64,000 nucleotides of DNA from an uncultured Planctomycetaceae bacterium (GCA_963976765.1 CAXBME010000014.1:1-64000); one strand, 5' to 3'; shown: positions 47,791 to 58,824, counted from the first letter of the stretch. Numbers and translations are program-made. Notes: a model not told the origin generated them from the sequence alone.

Positions 47791-50067
47791 TTACTCGTTG
47801 CCTTCGTAGTACCACGCGTCCTGCTGACTGGGGAAGAAATACTCAGACGGTCGCGGATTTTCCTGCTCAAGATTGTCCTGCACGTCCAGAATTCGGTCCC
47901 AGCGCGGTTTCCGAGGAAGTTTCGTTGCGTCAGGCAGTGACGGTTCGACATCTCGTGCCGCTTCCTGAAGTGGCCATTGCGTGAGCGGTGTCGTCGCCCG
48001 GTGAATGTCGCATTGGTTCTTCGCGTCGTACATCGATTCGTAGGGGACGATGCGAGGAATCAGGGCGATGATAATTTCGCTGCGTTCGGTGGTCTGAACG
48101 CGTCGCTGAAACAGGCGGCCGACTCCCCACAGGTCACCCGCAATTGGCACCTTCGATTGCAGGTCGATATCTGTTTCTGTGATCAAGCCGCCAATAATCA
48201 TGGCCTGACCATCGTGCAGCATGACCGTCGTTTGAACGTCGGTCGTTTCTTCTTCCGGAAGCCCCGTATCCGGGTTCACTCGCCCCGACGAAATCTTCGG
48301 GACAATGTTCATCAGAATCTGGCCGCTCTCGCCGATGATCGGCGTGACCGTCAGCACGATGCCGGTGTCGAGAAAGTTGACACTCTGCAGTGTGCTGGTT
48401 TGAGTCGTTGTCGTAACCAGGTAACCAAGTCGTTCTCCTACCTGAATCCGAGCTTCCTGACCATTCACGGCGAGAACTTTCGGCGAGGCGAGAGTCTTGG
48501 CATCGGTCGTGGTCTGCAGCGCTTCGATCAGCGTGTCGAGATCGGTCCCGTCGACGCCAAACAGAAATGCCGGACTGGCTGCCGGATTCGCAAAGCCCTT
48601 TGAACTAAGCGTGATCTTCGCCCCAGCGAGTCGCGCAACTCCCTGAAGATCCACTCCGTGTCGCAGATTGTCGCCCAGGTCGACTCTCAGAATGTGAGCT
48701 TCAATCAGCACCTGCCGAGGCGGCTGATCGGCCTGTGCGATGTACGATTCCACCCGCGCGATGTACTGCGGCAGATCTTCAACGACAATCTGCTCCTGCG
48801 TCTTGCGCTTATCCTGGGCACTTTGCGTGGTGACAAAGGACTGCCCAACCGGAGACAACAGACCTTTCACGACGGCATCAATGTCGGTACCGGCGACGTA
48901 GGTCAGCGAGAACACTCGCATCTCACGTCCCTGCGCGACATGCGAAACAGCCGACTGCTGGTCGAGTTTGGAAACCAGGATGATGTTCTTCTGCCGGATC
49001 CACGTGTAGCCGTTCACGGTGAGGATGGCATCGAGGGCGTCGTCCAGATCAACTTCAGCCAGACTGACCGAGATGGTTCCCGTCACCGATGAAGCCGTCA
49101 CGATATTCAATCCGTGCTGTTCCGCTACAAGCCCCAGCACTTCGCTGAGCGGTGCTTCTCGAACGCTCAGTGAGATGCTGCTTCCCGAACTGCCAACCGC
49201 CAGGGTTCCCGCAGCATCGTTGATAGGAATTCGAATCTGTCTCCGTCCGCCGCGTGGTTCGAAATCGTCGCCGCTGAGCCGCTGAATCGAGACTCGGCCA
49301 GTCGGTTGTGAAGGCTGGCCCGTCTGAGCGATCGCGGCTCGCCCTGCCGTCTGACTTCGCTGTACCGGCAGATTTCCAACAATCACCTGTCCGGCAATGG
49401 ACTCACTGCGGTCCCCCAGACTCCCGACCTGAACTCGCCCGGCACCTTCACGAGGTTCCGCAGTTGTGTTCGGAAACCACGCTGGCGAAGACGCGCCTTC
49501 GATGTTGACGATCTGGTCGTTGTTATGTTCGGTGAGTGATTCATCGAATGGTGGAAGCGAATGATCGAACACGGGAATCTCAGTCGCTTCCTGTCTGGTC
49601 ACTGACGTCGAGAGTCGCCGTTGTTCATCACGCGAAGGTGAAGTTTCAATCGCTTTTCTTTCGGGAGTCAACGACTGGCGAATTTTCTCGAAAGGGTTCA
49701 GCGACTGGCGATCCGCTGGGCGGTATGACGATCGAGCCTCTCGGACCGGACGCTGCGGTTCTGAGCTCTGTGAACCTGAAGACGAGATTTTCTCAGCCAG
49801 CCCGGTCAAGGCAGACTTTGTCCGCGAGAGGAAACCAGTCGGCGGTTGCGTCACTTTCCGAACGTGCTGTGGTGTGCGCGCCCCGGCCGCAGCAGAAACC
49901 GTCTTCTCAGCGGCCACTGTTGACGAGGCGGCGGCAATAATGACCAGCAGAAGCGGGCACAAGCAGACGGCGGTCAGGCCACCTCGCCATGTCCAGCCAG
50001 AGCGGTGCATCCAGGCTCTCCGACAACAACCAGCCCACAACAGGCGTGAAACAATCCATGAATACAA
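47791..50067 (-). CDS. pilQ: Secretin (PilQ/GspD family); start uncertain
   Basis: STN-like LSVREAPLSEVL, QVLIEA, TLASPKV...NGQEA.I.VG, TGIVLTVTP, IIGGLI, KVPI.GDL..VGRLF. Confidence 0.9.
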   Translation of the reverse strand: MYSWIVSRLLWAGCCRRAWMHRSGWTWRGGLTAVCLCPLLLVIIAAASSTVAAEKTVSAAAGARTPQHVRKVTQPPTGFLSRTKSALTGLAEKISSSGSQSSEPQRPVREARSSYRPADRQSLNPFEKIRQSLTPERKAIETSPSRDEQRRLSTSVTRQEATEIPVFDHSLPPFDESLTEHNNDQIVNIEGASSPAWFPNTTAEPREGAGRVQVGSLGDRSESIAGQVIVGNLPVQRSQTAGRAAIAQTGQPSQPTGRVSIQRLSGDDFEPRGGRRQIRIPINDAAGTLAVGSSGSSISLSVREAPLSEVLGLVAEQHGLNIVTASSVTGTISVSLAEVDLDDALDAILTVNGYTWIRQKNIILVSKLDQQSAVSHVAQGREMRVFSLTYVAGTDIDAVVKGLLSPVGQSFVTTQSAQDKRKTQEQIVVEDLPQYIARVESYIAQADQPPRQVLIEAHILRVDLGDNLRHGVDLQGVARLAGAKITLSSKGFANPAASPAFLFGVDGTDLDTLIEALQTTTDAKTLASPKVLAVNGQEARIQVGERLGYLVTTTTQTSTLQSVNFLDTGIVLTVTPIIGESGQILMNIVPKISSGRVNPDTGLPEEETTDVQTTVMLHDGQAMIIGGLITETDIDLQSKVPIAGDLWGVGRLFQRRVQTTERSEIIIALIPRIVPYESMYDAKNQCDIHRATTPLTQWPLQEAARDVEPSLPDATKLPRKPRWDRILDVQDNLEQENPRPSEYFFPSQQDAWYYEGNE

Positions 50068-50252
50068 GCCTCTTCGGCTCGACCGTCATGGATCGTCATT
50101 TTCGGAGCAATTCGTCCCGTGCGTAATGTTCGGTAAACACGTTCCTACCGGACTCCTGTCGGACGTGCCGATTGTGTGGACAGGGACAGGAGCTTAAATG
50201 GAAAAACCGAACAACTCTGACTGTCCTGATCGGCATAATCGGATTTACCGAA

Positions 50253-50789
50253 TCACTCGACCATTTCCACGATGATGGCGTTTCGCTCGATCGCGACGAT
50301 TCGTATTCCCTCCTCCAGTTGATCTCCGACTCGCATGATGCGTGAGTCGATCAACGCCGCCGCTCCGTTTCGCCCAATGGTTACGGCGCGGACGGGGTTC
50401 TCGATCGGGTCAGCCTTTTCATCCGCCGCGTCCGGAGAAAGGTGCGACTCAGCTTCCGGTTGTGAAGCGATCAACTGTTCCGCGGCCTGGAACCCTGATC
50501 GCTCGGCCAACGCCCCGCTTACGGAGAACGGGTCAAATTTCACCATGTCTTCCAGCTCAAACTGCGGCCAGTTCTTCCGCTGGGTTCGATCCTGACTACT
50601 GCGAAGCTGTCTGATGAGACCATCCGCTTCCGTCAGCGTCTGCTCTGACAGAGTGGCAGAATTATCAGCCGCTCCACTGCCAGCCTTGTCACTTGAGCTC
50701 GTGAGATTCCAGATCAGAATTCCGACCAGAACGGGAATCAGAGCAACCTTGCGTTTGTCGGTTGTGAGACTAGCGGCTTTCGGATTCAT
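50253..50789 (-). CDS. PilP/GspC-like alignment protein
   Basis: N-terminal TM, DPF motif, AALIDSRIMRVGD; lies between pilO and the secretin. Confidence 0.65.
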   Translation of the reverse strand: MNPKAASLTTDKRKVALIPVLVGILIWNLTSSSDKAGSGAADNSATLSEQTLTEADGLIRQLRSSQDRTQRKNWPQFELEDMVKFDPFSVSGALAERSGFQAAEQLIASQPEAESHLSPDAADEKADPIENPVRAVTIGRNGAAALIDSRIMRVGDQLEEGIRIVAIERNAIIVEMVE

Positions 50790-51384
50790 CGTTTTCCCCT
50801 GTCGGCTCTGAATTCACCGGAAGCGGCGCAAAGAAAATATTCACGGTCATGCTCACAGGATATGTCTCTTTCGTGCCGTAGCCGCCGTTGACCTGCAAGA
50901 CCGTGAGCTGAGTCAACCGCTCAACCTTTTCGAGCCCTGCCAGAAAACGACACAATGATGCGTACGAAGCTTCAGCCGTCACATGGATGGATAATTCACG
51001 ATGTGTTTTTCGATCGGTTTCGTCCCCTGGTCGAAACTCGTGAATCTTCAGTCCAGTCTCAGCGGCCAGACCTGAAAGCTGTGCCAGGAACTCGGTCTTT
51101 TGCGCCGTCTCCGGGATCCTCGTCATCGATTCTGCAAAAAGCAGCTCGGATTCGAGACGCCGCTTTTCCAATTCGACTGAGCCCTGCAGCACTTTACCCT
51201 TGCTGTTCATGAACTCCTCGGTCCACGTTGCCAGGCTTTGGACACGGGCTTCCTCCGCATGAAGCGGTTTGTAAACGACAAGGCCAGCGATCAGTGCGAT
51301 CGTCAGGGCAACAGCCAGGCCTGCCAGATGCAGCGCGATACGCAATTTTTGCAGGCGTTTTTCGTTGGAAGAAGTTTCACTCAT
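50770..51384 (-). CDS. pilO: Type IV pilus protein PilO
   Basis: TM plus coiled coil, RIP....EFLAQLSGLA..TGL, ASYASLCRFL.GLE..ERL. Confidence 0.85.
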   Translation of the reverse strand: MSETSSNEKRLQKLRIALHLAGLAVALTIALIAGLVVYKPLHAEEARVQSLATWTEEFMNSKGKVLQGSVELEKRRLESELLFAESMTRIPETAQKTEFLAQLSGLAAETGLKIHEFRPGDETDRKTHRELSIHVTAEASYASLCRFLAGLEKVERLTQLTVLQVNGGYGTKETYPVSMTVNIFFAPLPVNSEPTGENDESESR

Positions 51385-51412
51385 GACGAGATTCTCACAG
51401 GCTCCGCTTGAA

Positions 51413-52009
51413 TCAGTACTGGCATTCCACAACGTACTGCCGAGCATTTCCGGCAACGAGTTGCACGTTGCTCGACGTCTGCAGCTCAACGGTTTCGAAA
51501 ACGCCTGTTGATCGAAGTTGCGAGACGAACCGCGACAATGCCAGGTCGTCAACGGCGTATCCCTGCAGACCAAGTTTCATGCGAGGCGCATTCTGTGATG
51601 CTGAACCGACCGGCGTGCCACTCTTCACCGCTTCGCTTTGTGTGAGCTGGAAACTGTGCAGCTGAATGGTCCCTTCGACAGCACTGGTTGCCGTGCTGAT
51701 CAACCCGATCAGCTGCAATGGTCTGTCCGCCGCCGATAAACAATCGACAAGTAGCTGACGCTGGTCAGCAATCTTCAGATTGTCAGCCATTTCCTGATTA
51801 CGTTGAACGATCCGCCGAAGCGGTTCAGCACGAACATCGACCGCTGCGAATTCGGTTTGTGCGACTGCCAGAGAGGCGTCTTTATTCCAGCAGACAACTG
51901 CCCCAGCAACGGCCACGCCAACCCAGACACAGCCCCAGACCGGGACGATCTGACGAACGAGGAGCTTCTGACGAAACGCCAATGGCAGAATGTTAAGGTG
52001 TGACTTCAT
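51413..52009 (-). CDS. pilN: Type IV pilus protein PilN
   Basis: N-terminal LNILP, TM, LQGYA....LSRFVSQLRSTGVF..VEL. Confidence 0.85.
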   Translation of the reverse strand: MKSHLNILPLAFRQKLLVRQIVPVWGCVWVGVAVAGAVVCWNKDASLAVAQTEFAAVDVRAEPLRRIVQRNQEMADNLKIADQRQLLVDCLSAADRPLQLIGLISTATSAVEGTIQLHSFQLTQSEAVKSGTPVGSASQNAPRMKLGLQGYAVDDLALSRFVSQLRSTGVFETVELQTSSNVQLVAGNARQYVVECQY

Positions 52010-53109
52010 GATTGATCCGTCAGCAGCGAAAGGCCCGCTGCGACTCCAAACAAAGACATGTGTGTGAGTGTTCCGAGACTTCTGTCGATCTGCGAAGGGC
52101 GAAGTTGCCAGGGGCGACAGTCAAAGTGCAAGTGTTTCGATAAGCCTTCGCCAATCCCGCCGATCGTTCCACCGCCGCCGAAGATCCACAGTCGTTGCGG
52201 CACGAGTTCTCGATGCTGAAGATCGATGTACGAAACCGTTCGGCGAATCTGTTCAGCGAGACGCCCCACCTCAGGATTCACGGCGCGGCGAACAGTCTCA
52301 GCGGCGACATGCGAATGCGCCGCCCTGCTCATGGAAATTCCGCAGGCACTCAAGAGTCTCGCCGTTTGCAGCCAGTCCGTTCCCAAAGCCTTCTGAGCGG
52401 CCCTTTCAACATCAGCGAAACCGCAGCCACGCAGGACTCGCGTAAACCGCGGCTCTCCGCCAACACAAATCGTGAACAGCGGCGAGCCATGCCCCCAGTC
52501 AAGCGCGGCTACAGGTTGAGTTCGATCGTCGTCAACCAGATTGACGGCTCGCGCCATCGCAAACGGGACTCCATCAAGGAACTCACACTGTAAACGATGT
52601 GCGAGCAGATCGTCGGCACAACGAGCAGCAACACTCTGTCGTACCGCGAGTGCGGATACGCGATTCATCTCTTCAGCACTGCCTGAATCATCGGGCGACC
52701 AGAGATCGACGACAGGATGATCGCCAACGGGACAACTGGATTGATATTCGCTTTCAACCATCTGGCGAAGTTCGTCGTCAGACGCGTTCGGCAACTGGAG
52801 ACTCCTCAGTTCGGCAACCGAAGTCGGCAGCGCGCAGGCCGCGCTGCGGCCTTTGAAGCCAACGTGGCGCAACGAAAGTCCGTCAAGGCACTCGCCAACG
52901 CCACCTGTTTCGATGAGGTCAGCCGTCAGACTCCGACCTGCCCCAACAGGGACAACACGTAGCGCAGTCAACTTCGACGTTGTGGATGTCCTGGTAAACT
53001 GCGCCAGTTTGATGACGCGTGAGCCAACATCAACGCCAATCAGTCCGACTTTTCGACGCAGTCTGAACTGTCGAAGACATGCCGCCTGGATTGTGGAAAG
53101 GTCAATCAT
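52006..53109 (-). CDS. pilM: Type IV pilus protein PilM
   Basis: IGVDVGSRVIKLAQ, ALDWG, IFGGG; actin-like fold motifs. Confidence 0.85.
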   Translation of the reverse strand: MIDLSTIQAACLRQFRLRRKVGLIGVDVGSRVIKLAQFTRTSTTSKLTALRVVPVGAGRSLTADLIETGGVGECLDGLSLRHVGFKGRSAACALPTSVAELRSLQLPNASDDELRQMVESEYQSSCPVGDHPVVDLWSPDDSGSAEEMNRVSALAVRQSVAARCADDLLAHRLQCEFLDGVPFAMARAVNLVDDDRTQPVAALDWGHGSPLFTICVGGEPRFTRVLRGCGFADVERAAQKALGTDWLQTARLLSACGISMSRAAHSHVAAETVRRAVNPEVGRLAEQIRRTVSYIDLQHRELVPQRLWIFGGGGTIGGIGEGLSKHLHFDCRPWQLRPSQIDRSLGTLTHMSLFGVAAGLSLLTDQS

Positions 53110-53120
53110 TGAGCAAATTC

Positions 53121-54344
53121 CTAGTGCCGACCTGAGGCTGTTGAAACATCAAGCAGCGGCAACATGACCGCCATCACGACGAGGCCGACGACCGCTCCCA
53201 TCACAATGATGATCAGCGGTTCGATAATTTTTGTGAGATCCCGAACCTTCTGCTCGCCTTCGTCTTCGTAGAACTCACCGATTGTGACCATGACATCACC
53301 CAGACGTCCGGTTCGCTCAGCCGTTGAGATCATCTGGGCGGCTCCGGGAGGCACAATCTCCGTTCTGGCAATGACTTCGCCGATCCCTTTGCCGCTCAAG
53401 ACGCTGGATTCCATCCGATCAAACAATTCTCGAAAGAAGCGATTCTGGACTGACGTGCGGCAAAGTCGAATTCCGTCCAGCAACGGGATGCCACTATCCA
53501 GCAGCGTGCCAAGTAACCGGAATGTTCGACCGCTGAGTAACGGTCGCGAGGCCCCCTTCAGAAACCGCACGTTAACCAGAACGCCATCCCAGTAGCGGGC
53601 GGCCTTCTCTGTGAACCAGAACTTTGCCAGAGCGACGGCACCAATTCCGGCCACTACCGCGATCGCCAGGAAGTTAGCCCGAAGAAACGTTGCCGAATCA
53701 AGCAGCATCTGAGTGTGTACCGGAGGCGGCTCACCAAGCCCCTCGAACACCGTGCCAAACTGCGGCAGCACGATGAAAACGAGCGCTGAAAGGACCATGA
53801 AAGCGACACCAATCAGAACGATCGGATAGGCGAGTACGGATTTCAGCGTCGAACGCAATCGGATTTCGTGTTTCAGCAGTTGAGCCATCCGAAGCAGAAC
53901 GTCGGTCAATGTGCCAGACGCTTCCCCGGCAGCAACGCTGGCAATGTAGGCATCGCCAAAGATGTTCGAGTGTTTCCCGAGCGCTTCCGAGATTGACTGC
54001 CCTGCCGACACATCGTCGTGCACCCGCTCAAGAATTCTTTGGAGTGTCTTGTTCGGGCAATCCTGAGCGGCCAGTTGCAGCGCTTCGCCAAGATCAACGC
54101 CAGCCTGACACATAATCGACAACTGCGACGTCAGCATCAGCAGGTCGGTTTTCTTCACGGAAGTCCGACTGAACTTCAGCCCTTTGGACAACGCCAGAAC
54201 CTGCTTCGCCTGCCCTGACGCGACGGACATCACGTACAAGCCTTCTTCGCGCAATCGCTCACGCACATCGTCTGCCGAATCGGCGACCATAACGCCATTG
54301 CGTAGCGAACCGTCGGACGACTTTGCGGAAAACTGAAACTGCAT
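53121..54344 (-). CDS. pilC: Type IV pilus/T2SS platform protein PilC/GspF
   Basis: QLSIMCQAGV, GEASGTL, LAYP, AERTGRL, IIEP, VMLPL. Confidence 0.92.
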   Translation of the reverse strand: MQFQFSAKSSDGSLRNGVMVADSADDVRERLREEGLYVMSVASGQAKQVLALSKGLKFSRTSVKKTDLLMLTSQLSIMCQAGVDLGEALQLAAQDCPNKTLQRILERVHDDVSAGQSISEALGKHSNIFGDAYIASVAAGEASGTLTDVLLRMAQLLKHEIRLRSTLKSVLAYPIVLIGVAFMVLSALVFIVLPQFGTVFEGLGEPPPVHTQMLLDSATFLRANFLAIAVVAGIGAVALAKFWFTEKAARYWDGVLVNVRFLKGASRPLLSGRTFRLLGTLLDSGIPLLDGIRLCRTSVQNRFFRELFDRMESSVLSGKGIGEVIARTEIVPPGAAQMISTAERTGRLGDVMVTIGEFYEDEGEQKVRDLTKIIEPLIIIVMGAVVGLVVMAVMLPLLDVSTASGRH

Positions 54345-54397
54345 GGTTTCGCCGGGAATTCTGCTGAGGTGTCGGTGCGGACCAGTCAGCACAACCG

Positions 54398-56179
54398 TTA
54401 TTCAGTCGACGCCACCCGCATGACTTCGTCGAGACTGGTGCGACCTTCTTCGGCCGCACGAATCCCCTCCTGCAGGAGTGTCGAACCGCCACTGTCGAGG
54501 TGAGCGTTCCGCAACTGTTCGATACTGGCACCCTGGAAGATCAATTCCCGGATCCCGTTTGTTGTCAACAGTACCTCATAGATACCGGTCCGGCCTTGAA
54601 AACCCGTGTCGTAACACTGTCGGCACCCTTCGCCACGCACAAATTGTCGCTTGCGATCGCCGGTGTACCCAATGGCTTCAAAAACGTCCGCCGATGGATA
54701 ATGTGGGTTACGACAGTTGGAGCAGACGCACCGCACAAGTCGTTGAGCAACGACTCCCGCCAGAGCCGCTGAAATTTTGAACGCATCAACGCCCATGTCG
54801 AGCAGACGTGTCACGGCACTGGCGGAATCGTTCGTGTGAAGTGTGCTGAGAACCAGGTGACCGGTCAGCGCTGCCTGAATGGCGATCTCCGCAGTTTCAC
54901 GATCACGAATTTCCCCGATCATGATGATGTCCGGATCCTGCCGCAGGATTGATCGCAGCGCATTCGCGAAATTCATCTGCTTGGCTACACCGACCTGAAT
55001 TTGATTGATCAGTTCAAGCTGGTATTCAACCGGATCTTCGACCGTGACAATGTTTCGCTCGATCGACTTTACGAGTTCGAGCGCCGAGTACAATGTCGTC
55101 GTTTTACCGCTACCCGTCGGTCCGGTGACAAGAAACAGCCCGTGCGGCCGGGCAAGCGACTTTTTCATTTTGTCAAGGACGTCTGGTGGGATGCCGAGTT
55201 CGTCCAGGTTGAATGTCACATTCCGCCGGTCCAGAACTCGAAGCACAATCTTTTCACCACGAACGGTCGGCAGTGTTGAAACGCGAAGATCGATCGCGCG
55301 TCCTTCCGCGTGCACATGAATTCGCCCGTCCTGCGGCATCCGGTGTTCGGCAATATCCAGTTTCGCCATCACCTTCAAACGCGAAACAATCGCCGGGTGA
55401 AACTCACGCCGCGGCTTCAGGACCTCTCGAAGCTGACCATCAACGCGAAATCGCACAGACGAATGCTTGATGCCTGGTTCGATGTGAATATCGCTGGCCT
55501 TCTGCCGGACGGCATGCACGATCATGTAGTTCACAAGGTTGATCACCGGACTGCCGTCGGCCATCGAACCGACATCCTGGAGATCAATTTCGATCGCCTC
55601 GTTTTCGACGGAAACCGATTCCGTGTCAAAGTCGGCAGTGACCGTGTCGACTCCAAAATCGTTTTCGTAAGCGCGCGGAACGACTTTTTCGATGGCCGCT
55701 TTCAACGCGCAGACCGGTCGAACCTCCAAGCCCGTGATTCGCTCGATCTCATCGATCTGCTTGAGGTTTTGCGGTTCCGCCATCGCGACGGTCAGTGTAT
55801 TGCGAACCTTGAAAAGCGCGAGCACGCGCATGTCGCGTGCCAATGGTCGAGGAATCAGACGTACGACGGCGGGGTCGATTAAACCTTCGCGAAGCCGCAC
55901 GGCGGGAATGCCCAACTGAGCCGCCAGGTATGGCAGCAACTGCTCTTCCTGTACAAAGCCCAGCTCAAGTAACGCTTCTCCGAGCCGCGTCTGTTTGGCT
56001 GATTGTTCGGATAACGCCGCGTCGAGTTCGTCTTCGGTGATCAACCCGGCGAGAATCAATTGCTCGCCCAGACGCATCGGCACCCTGCTTCGAAGCGCCG
56101 GCTGTGGTGAAAGGATTGTTGTTGCCGATTGGGCCCCCCCAGTCGGAGCGAGTAATTCAGTGGCGATTGGAGTGTTCAT
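54398..56179 (-). CDS. pilB: Assembly ATPase PilB/GspE with N-terminal MshEN domain
   Basis: Tandem RLGxxL..xG motifs; ASDIHIEP, GPTGSGKT, EDPVEY, LRQDPD, GEIRD, CxxC/CxxC. Confidence 0.95.
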   Translation of the reverse strand: MNTPIATELLAPTGGAQSATTILSPQPALRSRVPMRLGEQLILAGLITEDELDAALSEQSAKQTRLGEALLELGFVQEEQLLPYLAAQLGIPAVRLREGLIDPAVVRLIPRPLARDMRVLALFKVRNTLTVAMAEPQNLKQIDEIERITGLEVRPVCALKAAIEKVVPRAYENDFGVDTVTADFDTESVSVENEAIEIDLQDVGSMADGSPVINLVNYMIVHAVRQKASDIHIEPGIKHSSVRFRVDGQLREVLKPRREFHPAIVSRLKVMAKLDIAEHRMPQDGRIHVHAEGRAIDLRVSTLPTVRGEKIVLRVLDRRNVTFNLDELGIPPDVLDKMKKSLARPHGLFLVTGPTGSGKTTTLYSALELVKSIERNIVTVEDPVEYQLELINQIQVGVAKQMNFANALRSILRQDPDIIMIGEIRDRETAEIAIQAALTGHLVLSTLHTNDSASAVTRLLDMGVDAFKISAALAGVVAQRLVRCVCSNCRNPHYPSADVFEAIGYTGDRKRQFVRGEGCRQCYDTGFQGRTGIYEVLLTTNGIRELIFQGASIEQLRNAHLDSGGSTLLQEGIRAAEEGRTSLDEVMRVASTE

Positions 56180-56511
56180 ATCGTGAAACTCCCCACTGCT
56201 GAAATCAGGTCGTCAAAGACCTGCATCTTTCGGTCAAGTCCCGTGGCAATCAGAATGTCCTGGCAAAGTGCGTTTGGAGCGGCGAGCAGAAACTGTCCAC
56301 CTCTTTGTAAAGCCATTTCGTGAGCATCCAGCAGTGCTTCCAGACCACGACTGTCGATAAGCGGAACTTCCTGAAGATTGAAAACCATTTTCGGCTGGCC
56401 ACCCGAGAGACAGGGTTTCAGGATCCGCTCCAGCGCATCAGCATACTCCTCGTTCAACGGCTCTTTGCCGGAAACGATGTCGATCGCTCCTTCTCGCGAG
56501 ACTTGAAACAT
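56176..56511 (-). CDS. STAS domain protein
   Basis: VFNLQEVPLIDSRGLEAL with conserved Ser; ILIATGL. Confidence 0.88.
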   Translation of the reverse strand: MFQVSREGAIDIVSGKEPLNEEYADALERILKPCLSGGQPKMVFNLQEVPLIDSRGLEALLDAHEMALQRGGQFLLAAPNALCQDILIATGLDRKMQVFDDLISAVGSFTI

Positions 56512-56604
56512 TCAGCAGCATCCTGTTTTGTTGACGTTGAGTGTGTCCTGCCGCACCGTCAAATTCTGTAACGTTGCGGTGAGCCACGGCGCCCTGCGTC
56601 TTTC

Positions 56605-57801
56605 TTACGACTCACCAGCCTGAGCATCGAGGGGCAACGTCAGTGTGAAACGTGATCCACGTCCGATTTCACTTTGCGCGGTCAGACTTCCCCCGTGCAG
56701 CCTCGCGACTTCTTTTGCGAAGGCCAGCCCAAGGCCCGTCCCCTCGATGTCGCGCACTCTTGAGTCGCTGCTGCGGAAGAATTTCTCGAAAATTCGAGGC
56801 AACTCTTCCGCCGAGATTCCGTATCCGGAATCTTCAACATGAATCAACAACGTGCCTGGTTCGACTTCAACCGCGAAACGGATGGCCCCTTCATCGGGTG
56901 TGTACTTACACGCATTGCCGAGCAGGTTGACCAGCGTTGCAGAGAGTTTGTCTTTGTCTGCTGACAACTTCGGAAACCTCGCCGGCAGCTCGGATTCCAG
57001 CGTCTGTCTTTTTTTATTCATCTGCGGTCGGACGTGCTCCAGCACTTCCTTCAGCATTCGCTCAAGGTCGACTGGATGCTTCGTCACTCTCAGTCCGCCA
57101 CCCTCCATCTGGCTGATGTTGAGCAGTTCGTCGACGAATCTCGCCAGTCTGGTCGCTTCTGAATTGATGATATTGCAGAACTCCTTCTGACGGTCGACGT
57201 CGATCCCGTCCTGAAGAGCCAGCGTTTCGGCATACGCTTTCAGATTGCACAGTGGCGTTCGCAGCTCGTGAGTCGCCGTGAACACAAACTGATTGCGAGC
57301 TTCTTCCGCAAGTTTCTGGTGAGTGACGTCGCGAATCTGCCAGACGCTTTGTCCGTCAGAAGCCGCAGTCCCCTGCAAAGGCACACACGCCACGCGCAGA
57401 ATTCCGTCCGCGAGTTCAGCTCCGCGACGAAGTTCACACACAAAAGACGTCATGCCTCTGGAGAATCGATCGATCAGTTTCTCCGAGTCGCCTGACGCCG
57501 CTGCGATAATCACATCACAGACAGATTGTCCGGTGAGACTTCCAGAAGAGTTGACGCCAACTAGAGCGGCAAACGCAGGGTTAGCTTGAACGATGCGACC
57601 TTCAACGTCAGCAGCGCAGATACCATCAGAAATCGAATCGACAATCGCTCGCCATTGACCGTCCGCACCGCCGCTGGAATTATCTGAAAGTCGCAGCTCT
57701 AACTGACGCAGCAGTTCGGCATCACTCTCAGCTGAGAGGAGCGAATTCCACTGGTCGGCTTCCGTCTGAACAGCAACTGACATGGATACTACTTTCATCA
57801 C
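56605..57801 (-). CDS. Cytoplasmic PAS histidine kinase
   Basis: PAS (IVDSISDGI...ANPAF); HELRTPL, NLLGNACKY, DSGYGI, FEKF, GTGLGL. Confidence 0.93.
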   Translation of the reverse strand: MMKVVSMSVAVQTEADQWNSLLSAESDAELLRQLELRLSDNSSGGADGQWRAIVDSISDGICAADVEGRIVQANPAFAALVGVNSSGSLTGQSVCDVIIAAASGDSEKLIDRFSRGMTSFVCELRRGAELADGILRVACVPLQGTAASDGQSVWQIRDVTHQKLAEEARNQFVFTATHELRTPLCNLKAYAETLALQDGIDVDRQKEFCNIINSEATRLARFVDELLNISQMEGGGLRVTKHPVDLERMLKEVLEHVRPQMNKKRQTLESELPARFPKLSADKDKLSATLVNLLGNACKYTPDEGAIRFAVEVEPGTLLIHVEDSGYGISAEELPRIFEKFFRSSDSRVRDIEGTGLGLAFAKEVARLHGGSLTAQSEIGRGSRFTLTLPLDAQAGES

Positions 57802-57873
57802 TCACGCTACGAAGCTGAGATTTCTGCAAACCGGAGTCTTGGCAACTGGGACTTGTTCCAGCCTGTTGCTTCG

Positions 57874-58257
57874 TTACACGCCAGCTGTTTGCGGTGTCGA
57901 AGTTAAAGAGTGGATGAGCTCAACAATCTGAGCTGGGCTGAATGGCTTGTAGACGACTTCGGAAATTCCGAGTTCCCGTTCAAGTCGTGCAGTGTCGATC
58001 TCGTAACCTTTGGCAGAACACATCACAATTGGCGCGTTGGTGTACTCAGGATGAGTTCGCAACTGCTGAACCAGTTCTTCGCCATTCATGCGAGGCATCT
58101 GGTAATCGGTGATGATGATGTCAAACGAGTTCTCCAGGGCGGCTTCGAGCGCCAGCTCGCCGTCAGCGGCCGTGTGAACGTCGAACCCTGCCCGTTCAAG
58201 ATTGAACTGCAGCACGTGAGCCATCACCAGGTTGTCTTCCGCAATGAGAATCCGCAT
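57874..58257 (-). CDS. Single-domain response regulator
   Basis: ILIAED, ITDYQMP, SAK, KPF. Confidence 0.92.
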   Translation of the reverse strand: MRILIAEDNLVMAHVLQFNLERAGFDVHTAADGELALEAALENSFDIIITDYQMPRMNGEELVQQLRTHPEYTNAPIVMCSAKGYEIDTARLERELGISEVVYKPFSPAQIVELIHSLTSTPQTAGV

Positions 58258-58392
58258 TTGATTTCTCCTGTCCACGGCGCACAGATTTCTGGAGACACCT
58301 AATAGAAACAGGCCCCGACGCATTGACGCCGCGACCTGTTCCTGTTGACTGAAACTGTTCGGCCTCACGCCCGAACCGGCGGCTTTTCCCGC

Positions 58393-58824
58393 CTAGAGCG
58401 CATCAAAGCCGGTTGTGTTGATGATGAATTCGCCAGAAGTTTTGTCGTACTTCCAGCCGGTTGACCCACCAGCGGAAAGTGCCGTACCAGCCGTTGAGAC
58501 GGTGACGTCGGAGTTGTTGGTTGATCCTGCAATCTGATTCGTCGGATACGCACCCTTCAGGAAATCTTTCAGGTCATTCTTGAAGTCTGCCTCAGTTCCC
58601 AGATCGCCGGGGTAAACACCGTTTTGAGCACGATGCAGTTCAATGGCGTCTCGAATGACGGCGAGCGACTGGATGGTCGCGTTTTCACGAGCATCGTTTG
58701 CTGTGTCGAACATCTTTGGCGCAGCGACGGAAGCAATGATTCCGAGTACCAGCACGACGACTACCAGTTCAACCAGGGTAAAACCGCTGCGACGTTTCCT
58801 TGAGTAGCTGACAGGCTTCTGCAT
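58393..58824 (-). CDS. Major pilin/pseudopilin (GspG/PilA-like)
   Basis: G-FTLVELVVVVLVLGIIA..AAP; IRDAIELH....G.YP. Confidence 0.9.
   Translation of the reverse strand: MQKPVSYSRKRRSGFTLVELVVVVLVLGIIASVAAPKMFDTANDARENATIQSLAVIRDAIELHRAQNGVYPGDLGTEADFKNDLKDFLKGAYPTNQIAGSTNNSDVTVSTAGTALSAGGSTGWKYDKTSGEFIINTTGFDAL

Noticed and set aside
50160..50250. GCCGAT-containing repeats as a sigma-28 promoter
   Set aside because: TAAA to GCCGAT spacing is about 9 nt rather than about 15.
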